This document shows, in pieces, positions 59,528-64,000 of a stretch of DNA of 64,000 nucleotides. Positions within the stretch are counted from its first letter, which is position 1. Every line of letters starts with the position of its first letter. The stretch is taken from assembly GCA_041736175.1 (NCBI GenBank), contig JBGSUI010000014.1, positions 64,001 through 128,000 on the forward strand. The letters run 5' to 3'. Both the position numbers and the translations under genes were made by a program. The DNA is from Oligoflexales bacterium. GTDB taxonomy: Bacteria > Bdellovibrionota_B > Oligoflexia > Oligoflexales > CAIYRB01. The notes under the pieces are model-generated. The model did not search any database. It saw nothing but the letters and a program-made list of their open reading frames with translations, and was not told the DNA's origin.

Positions 59528-60001
59528 CTAATCTTCGAGCAGACTGCGGAGCATCCAAGCGTGTTTCTCGTGGAGCTGGAGTCTTTGAGTGAGCAGGTCT
59601 AAGGTTGCTTGGTCATTTGCTTTTTCTGCGTCAGGGTAGACTGTCCGAATGGTGCGGACCAGGATTTCCTGGCCTTCGAGGAGTTGGGCAATCATGTCCT
59701 TGGACTTTTCGTTGCCAGTGGCTTCGGTGATGGCGGTGAGCTGGCTAAAAGCCTTATAGGATCCTGGCGCATACTCACCGAGGGCCCGGATTCTTTCGGC
59801 AATCAGATCGACCGCTAAGGACAGCTCTGTGTATTGCGTCTCAAACATCAAGTGAAGGGTTTGGAACATAGGACCTCTGACATTCCAATGATAATTGTGT
59901 GTCTTGAGGTATAATGTATAGGAGTCAGCTAATAACTTGCTGAGACCTTTTGTAATCTTTGTACAATCAACATCGTTGATTCCAGTATTGATCTTCATCA
60001 T
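59528..60001 (-). CDS. dps: Dps / DNA starvation protection protein
   Basis: LYLKTHNYHWNV, LHLMFE, DLIAERIRALG, HEKHAWML. Confidence 0.96.
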   Translation of the reverse strand: MMKINTGINDVDCTKITKGLSKLLADSYTLYLKTHNYHWNVRGPMFQTLHLMFETQYTELSLAVDLIAERIRALGEYAPGSYKAFSQLTAITEATGNEKSKDMIAQLLEGQEILVRTIRTVYPDAEKANDQATLDLLTQRLQLHEKHAWMLRSLLED

Positions 60002-60190
60002 TTCACTCCCTCTTAAAATATTACCAAATTAAAATAAGGTACCCCAAAGCTTCTTTGGGACTTGAATGGACACCAGCTGACAACGGTTTGAAAGTATTAT
60101 ATTTTTTCAATTAATTCAAGCTTTGTTTGCTACCTACCGATGATTTTAATATGGGATGACGGTATAGGGGCTTTAACATGAGGAGGAATT

Positions 60191-60697
60191 ATGAATCCAA
60201 AAAACATCTGGCGAGTGACCTTAGCGTTTATATGGCTCACCGCCTGCCAGGGGTCAAACCCTCAAGATCGTGAGACCGATCGCCGAAAGGCCTCACCCCA
60301 AGAGGCCAATGCTTCCAATGAGCCACGGAAACTCAAACATGAGGTCGATGAGGTTCCAGCCAATCTCAAAGCAAATCTTCAGGGATTTGATGTGTTTTCA
60401 TGTATACAAAAATCTATTGACCCAGAGACTAAAAAAGCAAAAATTGAAATATGTTTCGAAGTCTCGCGCCAAAATCTTGGAAACGATGACACGGCCATTC
60501 AGGGGGCGAGGGCATATTGCGCCCATAATGAATGGGTCTCAGGAAAGCAATGTCCAACATCGGGTGTGGTGTCGGTCTGCAAGGGAGCAGTACTTGCCAC
60601 TGGCCTTACCTATGACAAGTATGGCTATGATAAAAGCAACACCGTGGACGAAGAGTGCGCGGCAAACGGCGGCAGGCAAGTGGCTGGCCTCAAATAG
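60191..60697 (+). CDS. Cys-rich lipoprotein
   Basis: LTAC lipobox, GAGGAGG RBS, six further Cys. Confidence 0.7.
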   Translation: MNPKNIWRVTLAFIWLTACQGSNPQDRETDRRKASPQEANASNEPRKLKHEVDEVPANLKANLQGFDVFSCIQKSIDPETKKAKIEICFEVSRQNLGNDDTAIQGARAYCAHNEWVSGKQCPTSGVVSVCKGAVLATGLTYDKYGYDKSNTVDEECAANGGRQVAGLK

Positions 60698-60708
60698 GGG
60701 TTAAAACC

Positions 60709-61401
60709 CTAGATTTCTGGCCCCATATAGGTGTGGTTTAGGTTTAGTCGACGCCAATTTGCATTTTGTTTGCCCACTTGGGGCGAAGTCTCCCAAGGGA
60801 TTTGTGCTTCCAAGTGCAGCGTCGGGGGGTGGCAGCGTTCAGCATGGTAAGATGTGCCACTAGGGAGTGTGATGCGCACGCAAAACTGGAGTTTAGAATA
60901 TTTTCTATGCCCTTCGATCTGGGTCAGTGGTGAAGCGATATGGGCACTCCAGACATAGGGGCCGATCGCTTGGGCTTCGACGGCACCAGAGCGCTCCCAG
61001 CTGATAGGGCCTGCCTCCCCTTGGTCGTTGATCTCAGTACCCCCAAGGCCATAGATGATTTCGATTTGACTCCCATAGGGTAGGTCATCTTGATAAAAGT
61101 TTACAACCACGTCACCATAAACTACGGAAGGTTGGTGCAATTGTTCTTCTGTAACGCTTGGGGTCGTTGACCACATGGGCGTTATCGATAAGGCGTGGGG
61201 GATGGGATCCACATAAAACCGCCCATCGACCCAGGTGTGGATGCCAGCGTAGGCTGTGGCTCCCCCTAGCCAAGGCTGTAGGAGGGTGGTGATCAAAACA
61301 AACTTCAAGACAAAGACCCAAGTCCGAACTTGAAAAGTCTGTCTTTTATTCCCAGAACCCAGGACCTTTTCTTTGAGGGGCATGTGGTTTTGGAATAACA
61401 T
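60709..61401 (-). CDS. Hypothetical secreted protein
   Basis: Signal-like segment ending AYA; start uncertain. Confidence 0.5.
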   Translation of the reverse strand: MLFQNHMPLKEKVLGSGNKRQTFQVRTWVFVLKFVLITTLLQPWLGGATAYAGIHTWVDGRFYVDPIPHALSITPMWSTTPSVTEEQLHQPSVVYGDVVVNFYQDDLPYGSQIEIIYGLGGTEINDQGEAGPISWERSGAVEAQAIGPYVWSAHIASPLTQIEGHRKYSKLQFCVRITLPSGTSYHAERCHPPTLHLEAQIPWETSPQVGKQNANWRRLNLNHTYMGPEI

Positions 61402-61595
61402 GAAGACCTCCGTGCATTTCTGATGTATTGAAGCAAAGCTCCTAGCATCTAGCACTATTTTCAGATTTTTGAAAAGGGTTTCGCGGAGAGTTTTTGCTTA
61501 AGATCATGAAAAGTCTGGAACCTTAACCCTAAAATTTACTATAATTTAATAATCTCAGAGTGTTATTTTAATTCAGTCGTCTAGGAAAAACCCCA

Positions 61596-63449
61596 ATGCA
61601 ACCCATCATCAGCTGCCAAAATCTCTCAAAATCATTCGGTGGGCGAGTCCTCTTTAAAGACCTCAGTTTTACCATCCAAGAAGGCGACCATATGGGGATC
61701 ATCGGCCCTAATGGTATGGGTAAGAGCACCCTCCTGCGGCTATTGGCCTCCATAGACCAGCCAGATGGGGGGAAGATCACGCGGCGTCGCCAGCTGAAAG
61801 TATCGGTGATGGAGCAGGCTGCAAACTTTAAGCCAAGCGATACGCCGCGATCCATCGTCACGGAGGCCTACCAACAAACCTCCAAAGAGGACGGGGAATA
61901 TCAGACCAATATGATCCTTGACCGCCTCGGGTTTGGGACGGCGACGGCTCCCATAGATGTCCCTGTCAAAGAGCTTTCGGGGGGATGGCAACGGCGGGTC
62001 CTACTCGCAGCCGCGCTGGTGAGCGAACCAGATCTAGTGTTTCTGGACGAACCCACCAACCATCTGGATTTAGAAACCATACTCTGGCTTGAGGACTATC
62101 TCAAAAGGGCTCCCTTTACTTGGGTCTTGGTGAGCCATGATCGGATGTTTCTGGAAAAAACCACTACCCGTATCTTGGAGATCAATCGGGTTTTTCCCCA
62201 AGGTTCCCTGGGATTTTCGGGGAGCTATACTGCATTTATGGAGCAAAAAGCCGCTTTTTTAGAGGCCCAGCAGAATCAGGCAGAGTCCCTTGCCAATAAA
62301 GTGAGGCGGGAGGTGGAGTGGCTAAGAAAAGCTCCCCAAGCGCGGGCCACCAAGGCAAAGGGGCGGATTAAAGAGGCCCAAAAAATGATCCAGGAGCTCG
62401 CAGATGTGAAAGGGCGGCTTGCGAAAAATCCCGAAGGTGCAAAAGTCGAGTTTGCCGATAGCAATCGACAAACAAAACGGTTAGTTGTTTGTGAAGATGT
62501 GGGGCTGGAGTTTGGAAAGCGGCCGATCCTAAACGATGTGCAATTGGTCTTACGTCCCGGAATGAAGCTGGGACTTATGGGGCCCAATGGAGCGGGAAAA
62601 TCCACCTTGCTGCGGATGCTCGCAGGACTGATTAAGCCGACCCAGGGGACTGTCGTACTTGCTGAGGGTCTTCGCATTGTTTATTTTGATCAGAACCGCG
62701 ACCAGCTCGACCCTAAGGCGACCCTTAAGCAGACTCTCGCTCCCCACGGTGATAGTGTTTCCTTTCAAGACCGCATGGTCCATATCACCACCTATGTGAA
62801 ACGATTTAATTTTACCGTAGAGCATCTTGAGGTTCCCGTGCGGGAGTTGTCAGGAGGGGAGCAGGCCCGCGCTCTTATTGCCAAATTAATGCTAACACCT
62901 TCGGATCTCTTGCTCCTCGATGAGCCTACCAACGACTTAGATATTCAAACCCTGGATACGTTAGCCGCGAGTTTAGAGGAATTTGCAGGGGCTCTGGTCT
63001 TGATTTCCCACGATCGATATCTGATTGACCAAGTTTGCAACACGATCGTGGCCATCAAGCCCCAAGGAAATCTCGGATACTATGCAGATCTTGAACAGTG
63101 GGAGACCGACTTACAAAAAAATACTAAAAACGCCGCCAAAAACCCCGAGGTTCCCGCAGCCGGTGACAGAGCAACACCGCCAGGATCTGGCAAAAAAACC
63201 AAGGCCCAAGGAAAGCTCTCCTATCTTGAGCAGCGGGAGTTTGATGGAATGGAGCGGGCGTTAGAGGAGGCGGAAAAAGAGCTGGCAGTCTGTCAAAGAG
63301 AGCTTGAGGATCCAAAGATTGCAGGTTCTGCTGGGCGGCTTATAGCAGCGTCTAAAGCCTTCGAACTCGCCCAGGCCAAGGTGCAAAAACTTTACGAGAG
63401 GTGGCAAGAGCTAGAAGCCAAGCTTGAGCAAATCCGCTCAGACTCCTAG
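61596..63449 (+). CDS. uup: ABC-F family ATPase (Uup-like)
   Basis: Two ABC cassettes (GPNGMGKS, GPNGAGKS), LSGG, DEPTN, KLSYLEQRE and a C-terminal coiled coil. Confidence 0.9.
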   Translation: MQPIISCQNLSKSFGGRVLFKDLSFTIQEGDHMGIIGPNGMGKSTLLRLLASIDQPDGGKITRRRQLKVSVMEQAANFKPSDTPRSIVTEAYQQTSKEDGEYQTNMILDRLGFGTATAPIDVPVKELSGGWQRRVLLAAALVSEPDLVFLDEPTNHLDLETILWLEDYLKRAPFTWVLVSHDRMFLEKTTTRILEINRVFPQGSLGFSGSYTAFMEQKAAFLEAQQNQAESLANKVRREVEWLRKAPQARATKAKGRIKEAQKMIQELADVKGRLAKNPEGAKVEFADSNRQTKRLVVCEDVGLEFGKRPILNDVQLVLRPGMKLGLMGPNGAGKSTLLRMLAGLIKPTQGTVVLAEGLRIVYFDQNRDQLDPKATLKQTLAPHGDSVSFQDRMVHITTYVKRFNFTVEHLEVPVRELSGGEQARALIAKLMLTPSDLLLLDEPTNDLDIQTLDTLAASLEEFAGALVLISHDRYLIDQVCNTIVAIKPQGNLGYYADLEQWETDLQKNTKNAAKNPEVPAAGDRATPPGSGKKTKAQGKLSYLEQREFDGMERALEEAEKELAVCQRELEDPKIAGSAGRLIAASKAFELAQAKVQKLYERWQELEAKLEQIRSDS

Positions 63450-64000
63450 AGAGGCCGCGGTGGCTTCGGAGGTCACCAGAGCCATGTCCTCTAAGACCGC
63501 TCTGCCGACGCGGACTCCATCCAGAGCAGCACTGACAATGCCCCCCGCAAACCCAGCCCCCTCACCGGTAGGGAACAACCCTCGGTGGGAGACCGATTGG
63601 AACCCCTTGTCACGCATCATCACGACGGGAGAGGAGGTTTTGGTTTCGACCCCGACCACCATGGCTTCGGGGTGAAGAAAACCTCGCATTTTTTGGTTGT
63701 AATCACCTACTGCTTGTCGCAGAGAGTCGGCGATAAACGAGGGCAGAATTTTATCCATCCTCGCACTTTGGATGCCTGGCAAGTAACTGGAGGTAAGGGT
63801 CCCCTTGGATTTTTGTCCTTTGACAAAATCCAAAAGCCTTTGGGCCGGAGCGTGGTAGTTGCCGCCGCCTTCACGAAAGGCATGGCGCTCGATGGCCGCT
63901 TGAAAGTGCATCCCGTCTAAGGGATGGCCCTTAAAAAAATCTTGGCGCATGACGTTGACCACGACTGCCGCATTAGCAAAGGAGCTATTTCGGGCGTAGT
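63438..64000 (-). CDS. FAD-dependent oxidoreductase, C-terminal part (runs off the window end)
   Basis: Frame stays open to the window end (NSSFANAAVV); GVETKTSSP, GEGAGFAGGIVSAALDG. Confidence 0.85.
   Translation of the reverse strand, partial: YARNSSFANAAVVVNVMRQDFFKGHPLDGMHFQAAIERHAFREGGGNYHAPAQRLLDFVKGQKSKGTLTSSYLPGIQSARMDKILPSFIADSLRQAVGDYNQKMRGFLHPEAMVVGVETKTSSPVVMMRDKGFQSVSHRGLFPTGEGAGFAGGIVSAALDGVRVGRAVLEDMALVTSEATAASLGV

Overview
Bacterial chromosomal window of moderate GC, rich in lipoproteins and secreted hypotheticals. The gene content suggests Bdellovibrionota/Oligoflexia, which is an inference and not a database result. Housekeeping genes (RlmI-like MTase, RluA, grxD, udk, CYTH, type III glutamine synthetase, dps, uup) alternate with accessory blocks. 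(1) An integrase-free 1.3 kb RelE/Phd toxin-antitoxin islet at tRNA-fMet, bounded by a repeated tRNA 3' half. (2) A five-gene cluster of CxxCH cytochrome lipoproteins plus a Tat-exported protein. (3) A ~15 kb variable region between tRNA-Leu(CAG) and glnA, built from tandem cassettes separated by tRNA 3' fragments and a glnA 3' fragment. It carries an eight-gene NRPS-independent biosynthetic cluster (SerRS-like amino acid:carrier-protein ligase, carrier protein, three ATP-grasp-type ligases, Fe/2OG hydroxylase, nucleotidyltransferase, MFS exporter), a Uma2 nuclease, BrnTA copies and two divergent sigma54-preceded lipoprotein paralogs. (4) A GT2/GT-C glycosylation locus with a B12 radical SAM enzyme and a CDP-3,6-dideoxyhexose pathway. 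(5) A structured RNA-like leader before an RRM gene, and a deiminase / SAM-MTase / SET-domain gene trio. The best candidate for an undescribed system is the biosynthetic cluster at 22167-31378.
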